DNA of 64,000 bases from Nitrospinota bacterium (lineage in GTDB: Bacteria > Nitrospinota_A > UBA7883 > JACRLM01), in NCBI GenBank assembly GCA_016208975.1, contig JACQXA010000004.1, positions 2,013,941-2,077,940 on the forward strand. The letters run 5' to 3'. Below the pieces are notes generated by a model. It saw only the letters and a program-made list of their open reading frames with translations. It did no database searches and was not told the origin of the DNA. This document shows, in pieces, positions 1 through 8,695 of this stretch. Both the position numbers and the translations under genes were made by a program. The first letter of the stretch is position 1; each line of letters starts with the position of its first letter.

Positions 1-2
1 CA

Positions 3-353
3 TATCACCTGGGCGAAATGAGGCTTGAAGAGGGTGACAACAAAGGTTTCACCAACTGGCTGATCATTTCCATCCTGCTTGGCGCGTTGTTCCTGGGTTG
101 CACCGCGTATGAGTACAACCACCTGATCGGCGAAGGTTTCGTGTTCGGCACCAACGCCAAGAGCACGGCTTTCTTCTCCATTACCGGTTTCCACGCCTCT
201 CACGTGCTGGTCGGCCTGGGCGCTTTCGTCGCCGTGCTGATACCCGCGCTGGGCGGCGCCATAAGCCACACCTTCGCCAAAGGGGCCGGGATTTACTGGC
301 ACTTCGTCGATATCGTGTGGTTCTTCGTGGTGAGCCAGATTTACCTCTGGTAA
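3..353 (+). CDS. coxC: Cytochrome c oxidase subunit III (5'-truncated by window edge)
   Basis: Motifs TGFHASHV and IYWHFVDIVW; the frame is open to the window start. Confidence 0.9.
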   Translation, partial: YHLGEMRLEEGDNKGFTNWLIISILLGALFLGCTAYEYNHLIGEGFVFGTNAKSTAFFSITGFHASHVLVGLGAFVAVLIPALGGAISHTFAKGAGIYWHFVDIVWFFVVSQIYLW

Positions 354-372
354 TGTCACGGGAATAGGTGAA

Positions 373-1218
373 GTGAATACGCTTGGCTCACGCGCCGTCT
401 TTATGGCGGTGGTGATTATGACAGCGGTGGCGGCTGGCGCCTCCGCCCAGAACGGGTTTCGCCCGCCTGACTCGGAATTGGATCCCGAGGTCCTCAGGGT
501 GGACGAGAGCGTGTATCTGGGGGTGAAGCCGGCCAGGGAGACCGCCCTCGTTTTAGACGATGGCCGGGAGGTGACTCTGGGGGATTTCCGGGGCAAGCCT
601 CTTATTCTGGTCCTCTCCTATTTCACCTGCGACGGTTTCTGTCCGGCCTTCAACGCGGACCTGCAAAAGGTCCTCGAGAAGGTGGAGGCTTTGAAAAACG
701 TGAAAATCGGCGACGATTTCACGGTTCTTACGGTCTCTTTCGACAAGAACGACACGAAGGATTCGTCGGCCATGTTCCACCGCTCCATGGGTATGTCCGG
801 GAAGATCGGTGATAACTGGCGGATGGCCACCTTCAAGGACCCGGCGGACCTGGCGAAAATCACGTCGGGGCTTGGGTTCAAGTTTTTCTGGTCGCCGGCG
901 GACAGGATGTTTTTCCACCCAGGCGTTTATTACTTCATGTCGCCCGAGGGGCGGGTTGTGAGGATACTTCAGCATTCCGTAGCGGAGCCCAGAGACATGG
1001 AGCTGGCGATAATCGAGAGCAAGTTCAACAAGCTTGCCCCCTCGGAGGCCGGTAACATGGTGATGAGCATGTGCTACAGCTACAATTTCAAGGAAGGCAA
1101 GTACGGTCTGAACTACCCACTCTTCATCTCTTTCGGATCTTTGGTTACGGGAGTCACGGCGTTTTTATTCGCCGCTAATTTTCAGAGGAAAAAGGCAAAA
1201 AGAGGCAAGGAGAGCTAA
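373..1218 (+). CDS. SCO-family copper chaperone
   Basis: Signal peptide, CxxxC (CDGFC), downstream His (FFHP), C-terminal TM helix; lies in the cox operon. Confidence 0.85.
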   Translation: MNTLGSRAVFMAVVIMTAVAAGASAQNGFRPPDSELDPEVLRVDESVYLGVKPARETALVLDDGREVTLGDFRGKPLILVLSYFTCDGFCPAFNADLQKVLEKVEALKNVKIGDDFTVLTVSFDKNDTKDSSAMFHRSMGMSGKIGDNWRMATFKDPADLAKITSGLGFKFFWSPADRMFFHPGVYYFMSPEGRVVRILQHSVAEPRDMELAIIESKFNKLAPSEAGNMVMSMCYSYNFKEGKYGLNYPLFISFGSLVTGVTAFLFAANFQRKKAKRGKES

Positions 1219-1219
1219 T

Positions 1220-2068
1220 ATGAGGAAACTGGCGTTTACAACGGCTGGCCTTCTGGCCGCGCCGTACATGGCTTCGGCGGCCGAAGAGACTGAGGCCGTC
1301 AAGGAAGCCGTCATCAACGACCCCTCGGAGGGGTGGGAGATTCTGTGGCACCACGTGCTGATAGACCTGACGGCTATCGGCATACTTTTCGCCCTGATTG
1401 TGGCGTTTTTCATGCTGTCTTACCGCAGGAAGAGCGAGAACGAAGAGGGCTCAAGCCCGAAACTGACGCTGGGCGGCTCGCTGGCCTGGACGCTGGTGCC
1501 TGTTTTCGTGTTCCTGGCTGACGACTTCTACCTGGCCGCCAACGGCTGGAAACTGTGGAACGACCAGCGCCGCGTACCCGATAACGCCATGGAGGTAAAA
1601 CTTACCGCCATGATGTACAACTGGGAGTTCCAGTACGACAACGGGACCCTTTCCGACCCGGACGCCGATGGCAGGCCCGTGCTGGTTGTGCCCCAGGGCA
1701 AACCCGTGGTGGCCCGGATGCATTCGGAAGACGTGGTTCACTCTTTCTTCCTTCCCAGCTACCATATTAAGGAAGACGTGATGCCCGGCAGGATAACCTA
1801 CCTGTGGTTCTACCCGAAAAATCTTGGCGAGACAGTGCTGACCTGCACCGAGTATTGCGGCGTGGGCCACTCCAGCATGTACGGCAAGGTGAAGGTTGTT
1901 CCGGCCGCCAAGTTCGAGGAGATGATGCTGGCCAAGACCGGCGCCGCTCCCGCCGCCGCTGAAGCCGCTCCGGCTGAAGCCGCTGGCGCTGAAGGGGCCG
2001 CTCCCGCTGAGGGCGCCGCTCCGGCTGAGGGTACTTCTGCCGCTCCCGCTCCGGGCGCCGGCAAATAA
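1220..2068 (+). CDS. coxB: Cytochrome c oxidase subunit II (CuA), no cytochrome c domain
   Basis: DVVHSF and CTEYCGVGHSSM CuA motif; two TM helices; Ala/Pro/Glu tail. Confidence 0.95.
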   Translation: MRKLAFTTAGLLAAPYMASAAEETEAVKEAVINDPSEGWEILWHHVLIDLTAIGILFALIVAFFMLSYRRKSENEEGSSPKLTLGGSLAWTLVPVFVFLADDFYLAANGWKLWNDQRRVPDNAMEVKLTAMMYNWEFQYDNGTLSDPDADGRPVLVVPQGKPVVARMHSEDVVHSFFLPSYHIKEDVMPGRITYLWFYPKNLGETVLTCTEYCGVGHSSMYGKVKVVPAAKFEEMMLAKTGAAPAAAEAAPAEAAGAEGAAPAEGAAPAEGTSAAPAPGAGK

Positions 2069-2097
2069 CATATCGAGGGAATTAAAGGGAGATTGAT

Positions 2098-3681
2098 ATG
2101 AAGGAATGGCTTTTTACCACCGATCATAAAAGGATCGGGGTCCTTTATCTGGTGGGGTCGATAGCCGCCTTTGCAGTGGCGGGTATCATGGCCCTTCTGA
2201 TAAGGATCGAACTGTTCACCCTTGGGCCTACGCTCACGGATGACGCTACCAACTACAACGTGTGGCTCTATTTCCACGGCGCGGCCATGATCCTCGCCTT
2301 CCTCATACCGGGGTTGACGGGTTTCCTTGCCAACTACCTTGTTCCGATAATGATCGGCGCACACGACGTGGCTTTCCCCAGGATCAACGCCTTCTCGGTG
2401 TGGCTCTTCTGGTTCGCCATCGTGCTGGCCCTTCTTACATTCGTGATACCCGATCCGCCTGACGTTATGTGGACCGGCTATCCCCCTTACTCCGTGCAGA
2501 CCTCGGGTAACACCGCGTTCTACGTGTTCACCGTGCACCTTCTGGGCTTCTCGTCCATCCTTGGCGCCGTGAACTTCCTCTGCACCGTGATCTACATGAG
2601 GGCTCCCGGCATGGGCTGGAACCAGCTCAACTTCTTCGTGTGGACCACCGTGGGCGCTTTCGTGATCCAGCTGATCTTCATCCCGGTGCTGGCCGCGGCG
2701 GTGACCCTGGTACTCTTCGACAAGTATTTCGGCACAGCGTTCTTCTCCCCGGCAAACGGCGGCGACGTTCTGCTGTACCAGAACCTGTTCTGGTTCTACT
2801 CGCATCCGGCGGTGTACGTTATTCTGCTTCCGGCTGTCGGCACTTTGATGGACATCATCTCCACCCATGCCCGTAACCCCGTCTTCAACTATAAGACTGG
2901 TGTTTACGGCGGCATTTGGGGTACCGTGGTCCTCGGCTCCGACGTGTGGGTGCACCACCTGTACACCTCGGGCATGGTGGACTGGCTCCGCATTGGCATG
3001 ATGGTGACCACCCTGATCATCTCCGTGCCGGTGGGTCTGATGGTGATAAGCCTGGTGGGAACCCTTTACAGGGGCTCCATCAAGTACACCACCCCCATGC
3101 TGTACGCCTGCTCCTGCCTGTTCCTGATCCTCATCGGCGGCCTGACCGGCATACCGCTGGCCATGACCTCCGTTACCCTGCACCTGGCTGAGACATACTT
3201 CGTTATGGCCCACTTCCATTACATAATGGGCATCATGGCGACCTTCGCCGTGTTCGCGGGCGTGTACAACTGGTTCCCGAAATTCACGGGCCGTATGTAC
3301 AACGAGAGCCTTGGCAAGCTGGGCTTCCTGTTTAACTTCATCGGCGTGAACGTGACCTTCTGGCCGCTCTTCGGTATCGGTATCGAGGGTATGCCCAGGA
3401 GGTATTTCGACTACGCCATGATGCCCCAGTTCGAGGGTACCCATCAGATCTCCACGATTGGCGCGGTTCTCATAGCCGTCGGTATGGCCATAACCATCCT
3501 TAACTGGGTGATAGGCGCCATCGCCGGCCCGAAAGCCAGCGACAATCCCTGGGGTTCCAAGTCCATGGAGTGGACCCATACAACCACCCCCCCTGGGCCT
3601 GGCAACTTCCCCACTCCCCCGACCGTGTCGGAGGATTGGTCGCCTTATAACTACGGCGGTCACACCGCCAAGACCATATAA
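2098..3681 (+). CDS. coxA: Heme-copper oxidase subunit I, type A2
   Basis: TTDHKRIG, FWFYSHPAVY (A2 YS motif), WVHHL, AHFHY, GMPRRY. Confidence 0.97.
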   Translation: MKEWLFTTDHKRIGVLYLVGSIAAFAVAGIMALLIRIELFTLGPTLTDDATNYNVWLYFHGAAMILAFLIPGLTGFLANYLVPIMIGAHDVAFPRINAFSVWLFWFAIVLALLTFVIPDPPDVMWTGYPPYSVQTSGNTAFYVFTVHLLGFSSILGAVNFLCTVIYMRAPGMGWNQLNFFVWTTVGAFVIQLIFIPVLAAAVTLVLFDKYFGTAFFSPANGGDVLLYQNLFWFYSHPAVYVILLPAVGTLMDIISTHARNPVFNYKTGVYGGIWGTVVLGSDVWVHHLYTSGMVDWLRIGMMVTTLIISVPVGLMVISLVGTLYRGSIKYTTPMLYACSCLFLILIGGLTGIPLAMTSVTLHLAETYFVMAHFHYIMGIMATFAVFAGVYNWFPKFTGRMYNESLGKLGFLFNFIGVNVTFWPLFGIGIEGMPRRYFDYAMMPQFEGTHQISTIGAVLIAVGMAITILNWVIGAIAGPKASDNPWGSKSMEWTHTTTPPGPGNFPTPPTVSEDWSPYNYGGHTAKTI

Positions 3682-3699
3682 GGCGGGTCATGTTTAACG

Positions 3700-3743
3700 C
3701 GGCGGGTCCGGGCTTTTTGCGAAGCTCCGGGCCCGCCGTTTTT
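3700..3743 (+). terminator. Rho-independent terminator after coxA
   Basis: GC stem cggcgggtccgg...ccgggcccgccg followed by TTTTT. Confidence 0.7.
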
Positions 3744-3769
3744 AAATTAGCATTAGTAGTAGAGGTGCT

Positions 3770-4648
3770 GTGATGAACAAGGTATTGATCGGTCTGTCAA
3801 TTTTTTTCACTTATATATTAATGGTCATGGGGAACATTGTGACCACAACCGGCTCCGGCCTCGGATGCCCGGACTGGCCGCTGTGTTACGGGACTGTCGT
3901 TCCCCCGCTGGAGATGCAACCCTGGATCGAATGGAGCCACAGGCTTCTGGGCGGAGCTACAGGCTTCTTGATTCTGGCCTCCACAATTTTCATATGGAAA
4001 AATAGCAAGGGCGCCGAAAAATGGCTCACCGCCGGGGCGCTTGGCCTACTTGGCGTGGGCGCGGTATTTGGCGGGATAATAGTTAAACTGGAGGCTCCGT
4101 TGCTTCAGGGCGCTCTTCATGTCTTCGTTATCTCGTTCCACATCGTACTGTCCACGATTATCTTTTCCCTCATGATCCTGGCTTTCAGGAAAGTAGGGGG
4201 CCAGGCCGCTAAACCGGGTGTTTTCTATCCGTTGATGTTCGGCCTCCTGTCGGCCCAGGTGCTGTTGGGCATTGTTGTCCGCTACAGCCAGGCCTCCATG
4301 GCCTGCCCGGATTTCCCGCTTTGCAACGGCCAGATAATACCCGAGTTCACGGAGCCCGGCATCGCCTTGCACTTTGTCCACAGGATCATCGCATACACCA
4401 TATTCGCGGTTAGCGCGGGTTACGCCGCAATGGCCCTCAAGAACGGCGTGGACACCAGGAACGCCGTTATAACTTTCGCCCTGGTTTTTGCGCAGGCTTC
4501 TTTTGGCATCGGCTTGGTGCAGACCGGCATGTTCCTCCCCCTCATAGTCCTTCACGGGGCGGTGGGTTTCGGGTTGCTGGGCTGGATAGTTTATCTAACT
4601 GCGCCTTACCTTGTGGGTGGCGGCCAGCTTGAAGAGGCGCGGGCCTAA
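3770..4648 (+). CDS. ctaA: Heme A synthase (COX15/CtaA)
   Basis: CPDWPLC and CPDFPLC loops, EWSHR and HFVHR His motifs, multiple TM helices. Confidence 0.9.
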   Translation: MMNKVLIGLSIFFTYILMVMGNIVTTTGSGLGCPDWPLCYGTVVPPLEMQPWIEWSHRLLGGATGFLILASTIFIWKNSKGAEKWLTAGALGLLGVGAVFGGIIVKLEAPLLQGALHVFVISFHIVLSTIIFSLMILAFRKVGGQAAKPGVFYPLMFGLLSAQVLLGIVVRYSQASMACPDFPLCNGQIIPEFTEPGIALHFVHRIIAYTIFAVSAGYAAMALKNGVDTRNAVITFALVFAQASFGIGLVQTGMFLPLIVLHGAVGFGLLGWIVYLTAPYLVGGGQLEEARA

Positions 4649-5551
4649 ATGTATCAAACCACGGCGGCTTCCGTTGAGCGTCAGGTAACCATACGGTCCG
4701 CCGTATTGGATTACCTGGTTCTCATAAAACCGGGAATAGTCGCCCTGGTTTTGGTTTCCACTCTCGGCGGGATGTATATCGCCCAAAAGGGCCTTCCCGC
4801 CACTCCTCTCGTTTTCTGGTCACTGGTTGGCATTGCGCTTTCCACGGCCGGGGCCGCGACGCTGAATAATTTTATAGACCGGGACATAGACACCATCATG
4901 CGGCGCACATCCGGCAGGCCGTTGCCGTCCGGGTCCATAACGCCGAAGATGGCCCTTGTTATCGGGCTTGTCACCAGCGCGCTGTCGGTGGTCGTGTTCG
5001 CAAAATATGTGAACATGATGGCCATGTTCCTTTCAACCGCGGCCATTTTCATCTACGCCATACCTTATACGCTGTTATCCAAACGGGTAACGCCGCTGGC
5101 CACCTTTATCGGTGGAGTGGGCGGCGCGTTGCCTCCGGTAATCGGTTACGCGGCTGTAAAGCCCGGGCTGGACGTGGTTGCGTTCACGCTGTTCCTGATT
5201 ATTTTCGCGTGGCAACACCCCCATTTCTGGGCGCTGGCGCTGAAATACCGGGATGAATACGCGTCGGCCGGGGTGCGGAACCTGCCTGTGGCCCGGGGCG
5301 TTTTAGAGACCAAAAAGCAGATACTGGTTTGGGCCTCGTTGCTGGCCATGGTGTCCACGCTTCCTTTCATCATCGGGGTGGCGGGAAAGGCTTACCTGGC
5401 GTGCGCCATGGTTTCCGGCGTGGTTTTTGTGGCGATGTCCCTATGGTTCCTAAGGTCCAGCCGCCCCGTGGCGATGTGCCTGTTCCACTACTCCATAGTG
5501 CATCTGCCCCTGTTGTTCACCGTAATGGTTGTTGATATTATAAAATCCTAG
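4649..5551 (+). CDS. ctaB: Heme O synthase (protoheme IX farnesyltransferase)
   Basis: NNFIDRDID-MRRTSGRPL, WQHPHFWALA. Confidence 0.95.
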   Translation: MYQTTAASVERQVTIRSAVLDYLVLIKPGIVALVLVSTLGGMYIAQKGLPATPLVFWSLVGIALSTAGAATLNNFIDRDIDTIMRRTSGRPLPSGSITPKMALVIGLVTSALSVVVFAKYVNMMAMFLSTAAIFIYAIPYTLLSKRVTPLATFIGGVGGALPPVIGYAAVKPGLDVVAFTLFLIIFAWQHPHFWALALKYRDEYASAGVRNLPVARGVLETKKQILVWASLLAMVSTLPFIIGVAGKAYLACAMVSGVVFVAMSLWFLRSSRPVAMCLFHYSIVHLPLLFTVMVVDIIKS

Positions 5552-5567
5552 CCTATTGAAAGAAGTC

Positions 5568-5690
5568 ATGACAGATAAGGCAAAAAAGTTCTTCGTGTCC
5601 CAGCGGACGCTGGTGATATTCATAATCATCGTTATGGTAAGCATCGCTGGCACTTTTGTGTGGCGGGTAGCCTCCCACGGTTATCGCTAG
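5568..5690 (+). CDS. Small 40-aa single-TM protein, not in the ORF track
   Basis: MTDKAKKFFVSQRTLVIFIIIVMVSIAGTFVWRVASHGYR*; starts 16 nt after the ctaB stop. Confidence 0.5.
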   Translation: MTDKAKKFFVSQRTLVIFIIIVMVSIAGTFVWRVASHGYR

Positions 5691-5742
5691 GCTCTTCCTG
5701 AAATATCCATTTGCGATAAAATAGCCGCCGGATTTTTATTTC

Positions 5743-5892
5743 GGCAGTGTCTCAGTTTGAAAGTACAGGGGAGATTCTTCACTTACGCTCAGAATGACAA
5801 TATAAAAGCCGTTGATAACATTGTCATCCTGAGCGAAGCGCAAGCGAAGTGAAGGATCTGTCTATTGTTTGGGATTCAAACTGAGACTTACC
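5743..5892. mobile_element. ~150-bp MITE/REPIN-like element, copy 1
   Basis: Terminal inverted repeats GTCTCAGTTTGAA...TTCAAACTGAGAC, internal REP-like palindromes; near-identical inverted copy at 26640-26790. Confidence 0.8.
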
Positions 5893-6612
5893 GGGGAGCC
5901 TTCCGGAAACCTCGTCATGCCCAACCACGTGGTTGAGATGGGTTAAAAACCCCTGCTTCGGTTTCAGCTCTTGCAACATTTCCAACGCCTGCTCCACGGT
6001 GAAATGGGTGGGATGGCTTTTTAAGCCCAAGGCTCCAAGGATAATTGTGTCCATCCCGTAAAGCCGCTCCATGGACTCCTCCGGAATGGCGGAGCAGTCC
6101 GTAAGATATGCTGTTTTGTTGAAGATATAGCCGAATATTGGCAACTCCCCGTGCATTATCCTCACCGGCTCCACCGGCATATCCTTCACAACCACCGGGG
6201 CGTCAATGGAGTGGAGCGACAGCTTGGGTTTGCCACCGCCGGTTTCAGGAAGGCCGTCGAAGATATAGTGGAACATGGTTTGTATGTTGCGCAAAGTGCC
6301 GGAGGAGCCATAACACGGTATGCGGCCCTGGCCGATGAAATTGAAACTTCTAAGGTCATCTATGCCGTGGATATGGTCGGCGTGATGATGGGTGTAGAAG
6401 ACCGCGTCCAGGCTTTTAATACCGGCGTTAAGGGCTTGAGTTCGAAAGTCCGTGGAGGTGTCCACCAGCAAGCTGGCGGAGCCGCTTTCCACCCATATGG
6501 ATGAGCGGAGCCGTTTGTCCTTTATATTTGTGGACTGGCACACCGGGCAATCGCACCCTATAAGGGGTACGCCGGTTGATGTGCCCGTGCCAAGAAACGT
6601 AAGCTTGCCCAT
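5824..6612 (-). CDS. MBL-fold metallo-hydrolase (PhnP-like); C-terminus reads into the MITE
   Basis: FLGTGTSTGVP, CDCPVC, THHHADHIHG, THLNH motifs. Confidence 0.85.
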   Translation of the reverse strand: MGKLTFLGTGTSTGVPLIGCDCPVCQSTNIKDKRLRSSIWVESGSASLLVDTSTDFRTQALNAGIKSLDAVFYTHHHADHIHGIDDLRSFNFIGQGRIPCYGSSGTLRNIQTMFHYIFDGLPETGGGKPKLSLHSIDAPVVVKDMPVEPVRIMHGELPIFGYIFNKTAYLTDCSAIPEESMERLYGMDTIILGALGLKSHPTHFTVEQALEMLQELKPKQGFLTHLNHVVGHDEVSGRLPGKSQFESQTIDRSFTSLALRSG

Positions 6613-6811
6613 TTGGTGAGAAAAGATACCGTCATCAAGAAGAGTACCCGTTTATTTTAGCAAAAAAACACCGGCAGGGGAGGGCGCAATGGAAAAGAAG
6701 CGTAAAGCCTTGTTTGGCGTGAGCAACGTGTATTATCCTTTAACTGCGAAACGTAAAAAATAAAAAGCCAAACTACGCCCGGCCAGCCGGGCAAAACTTA
6801 TGGAGGGCGCC

Positions 6812-7159
6812 ATGGGCGGATTCCAGTTTCACGGGAAGTTTTACAGGACAGACAGCCTTGGGTACATGACGGATTTCCACGAATGGTCGGAAGATGTAGC
6901 CAGCCACATAGCCTCCATGGAGGGGGTCAAGCTGACAGAAAAGCATTGGGAAATCGTGAATTTCGCCAGGGATTATTACAAGCAGTACAAGATCGCCCCC
7001 CAGATACGCATATTAAAGAAGGCGCTCAACGAGAAGCTGGGGGTGGAGAAGAGCGACAACAAGTATCTTTACGACCTGTTCCCCAAAGGCCCCGCCGCCC
7101 AGGCTTGCAAGATAGGCGGATTGCCCGTCCCGCCCGGGTGTGTGGACATCAACAACTAA
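6812..7159 (+). CDS. DsrC/TusE-family sulfur relay protein
   Basis: LTEKHWEIV, LYDLFPKGPAAQACKIGGLPVPPGCV with two C-terminal Cys; RBS GGAGGG before ATG 6812. Confidence 0.9.
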   Translation: MGGFQFHGKFYRTDSLGYMTDFHEWSEDVASHIASMEGVKLTEKHWEIVNFARDYYKQYKIAPQIRILKKALNEKLGVEKSDNKYLYDLFPKGPAAQACKIGGLPVPPGCVDINN

Positions 7160-7161
7160 CC

Positions 7162-7863
7162 TTACCTCGGCGGCGCGTCTATAAGGGTGAAAAAGGTTTT
7201 GGATTGGGCGGTTATAGTTACCAGATGTTCAGCCTTTATCCGCGCCTGGTCGCCAGCGGTGAAGGTTTGGCCGTTTATGGTCAATTCCCCCTCAGTGATA
7301 TAAACGAACAGATGCCTGTCATTTTCCGGCCGTAATTCCACGCTCTCTCCCGCTGTAAGCCTGCCCAGGCTTATGGATGCATCAATGTTTAACGGTAATG
7401 TCCCTCCCGCGCCTCCTTCGGTAGCGAGGGGGGTGAAACAGTCATGGCCCTCCGAGCAAGGGATGTTTGCGTAACCATACCAGGGTTCCAGCCCCTTTTG
7501 CCCAGGGGTAATCCATATCTGGTAAAGATGGGTTGGAACGGAGCCCTCGTTGAATTCGGAGTGGACAATACCCGTGCCTGCGGTCATTTTTTGGACTTCG
7601 CCCGGCTTTATCACACGGCTATGACCAAGGCTGTCCTTGTGGGTAAGCTCACCCTCCAGAAGGATGGTGACAATCTCCATATCCTGATGAGGGTGCATGG
7701 GGAATCCGCCGCCGGGATTTACCACATCGTCGTTAAAAACCCGAAGCCTGCCGAACCCCATGTTGGAAGGGTCGTAATAATGGTCGAAGGAGAATATCCA
7801 GTAAGTGGAAAGCCAGCCACCATCAAAATGGTATCTCTGGGCCGCCGGGATTTTTATAATCAT
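7162..7863 (-). CDS. Pirin-family protein (YhhW-like)
   Basis: FSFDHYYDP, HPHQDMEI, MTAGTGIVHSE, YQIW. Confidence 0.9.
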   Translation of the reverse strand: MIIKIPAAQRYHFDGGWLSTYWIFSFDHYYDPSNMGFGRLRVFNDDVVNPGGGFPMHPHQDMEIVTILLEGELTHKDSLGHSRVIKPGEVQKMTAGTGIVHSEFNEGSVPTHLYQIWITPGQKGLEPWYGYANIPCSEGHDCFTPLATEGGAGGTLPLNIDASISLGRLTAGESVELRPENDRHLFVYITEGELTINGQTFTAGDQARIKAEHLVTITAQSKTFFTLIDAPPR

Positions 7864-7899
7864 GGCTTAAACTCCTTGCTCGGCGGCTGGGTAGGGTGG

Positions 7900-8343
7900 T
7901 TATCCGCCGCTCTTGGCGTGAAGGATGTCCGAAATTTTATTCTTATCGCACAATACATCCGCCAGGGTGTATTTGTCCAAAGTGTCTAGGAAACCTTTCA
8001 TGGCCTGCCCGAAAACGCCGGTGAGCTTGCATGAGCGGGTGATGGGGCAGGTGTTCCTCTCCGAACTGAAACATTCAGCCACTTCCAGCCGGTCCTCCAT
8101 GTGGCGAACGATGGCGCCCACGGGGATGTCTTTCGGATCCATCCCCAGGGCCAGCCCGCCGCCCTTACCCCTCACGGTCTTGATATAACCCAACTGGGAG
8201 AGCCTGTGCACCACCTTCATCAGGTGGTTTTTGGAAATCCCGAAACTGTCGGCGATTTCTTTTATGGTCACAAGGTTGGCCCCGTTAAGGCCGAGGTATA
8301 TCAGCACCCTGAAAGAATAATCGGTATGGCGGGTCAACTGCAT
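7900..8343 (-). CDS. nsrR: Rrf2-family regulator, NsrR-like
   Basis: MQLTRHTDYSFRVLIYL, ISKNHLMKVV, RGKGGG, three Fe-S Cys (ECF...CPI...C). Confidence 0.75.
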   Translation of the reverse strand: MQLTRHTDYSFRVLIYLGLNGANLVTIKEIADSFGISKNHLMKVVHRLSQLGYIKTVRGKGGGLALGMDPKDIPVGAIVRHMEDRLEVAECFSSERNTCPITRSCKLTGVFGQAMKGFLDTLDKYTLADVLCDKNKISDILHAKSGG

Positions 8344-8695
8344 GTTACTTCATCCATGGTTGGTAAAACATAACCGCGCCATTATTATTAACGGCGCAAA
8401 AGATATATCTTTAACCACTAATATAAACCTATCTTTTTTTCGAATCAAAACAAAACATCGGCTTCCCCCTTTATTTGCCGAGTTATAGTTTGTGGAACAG
8501 GTAAAAAATCCAGGCTGGATACCGGCGCTAAATGAGCGGAAACTCCAGCCGTTTGTTTTGAGTTGAATTGTTTCTAAAGTAGGATTAATTTATCGAAAGT
8601 GGGGGCTTGGCGTACATGATGGGACGAGGAGTGGCGTATTCCATGTATATCCATGGGCGATTTATCCTGTGCCTGTGTGTTTTCGGATACCCCGC

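Noticed and set aside
1810..3663. 617-aa minus-strand ORF, and similar long ORFs at 50913-52238, 61300-62499 and 17983-19179
   Set aside because: Antisense shadows of well-supported genes in GC-rich DNA, with no motifs
6800..7159. Proof of dissimilatory sulfur metabolism
   Set aside because: No dsrAB, sox or apr genes in the window; a DsrC-like gene alone is insufficient
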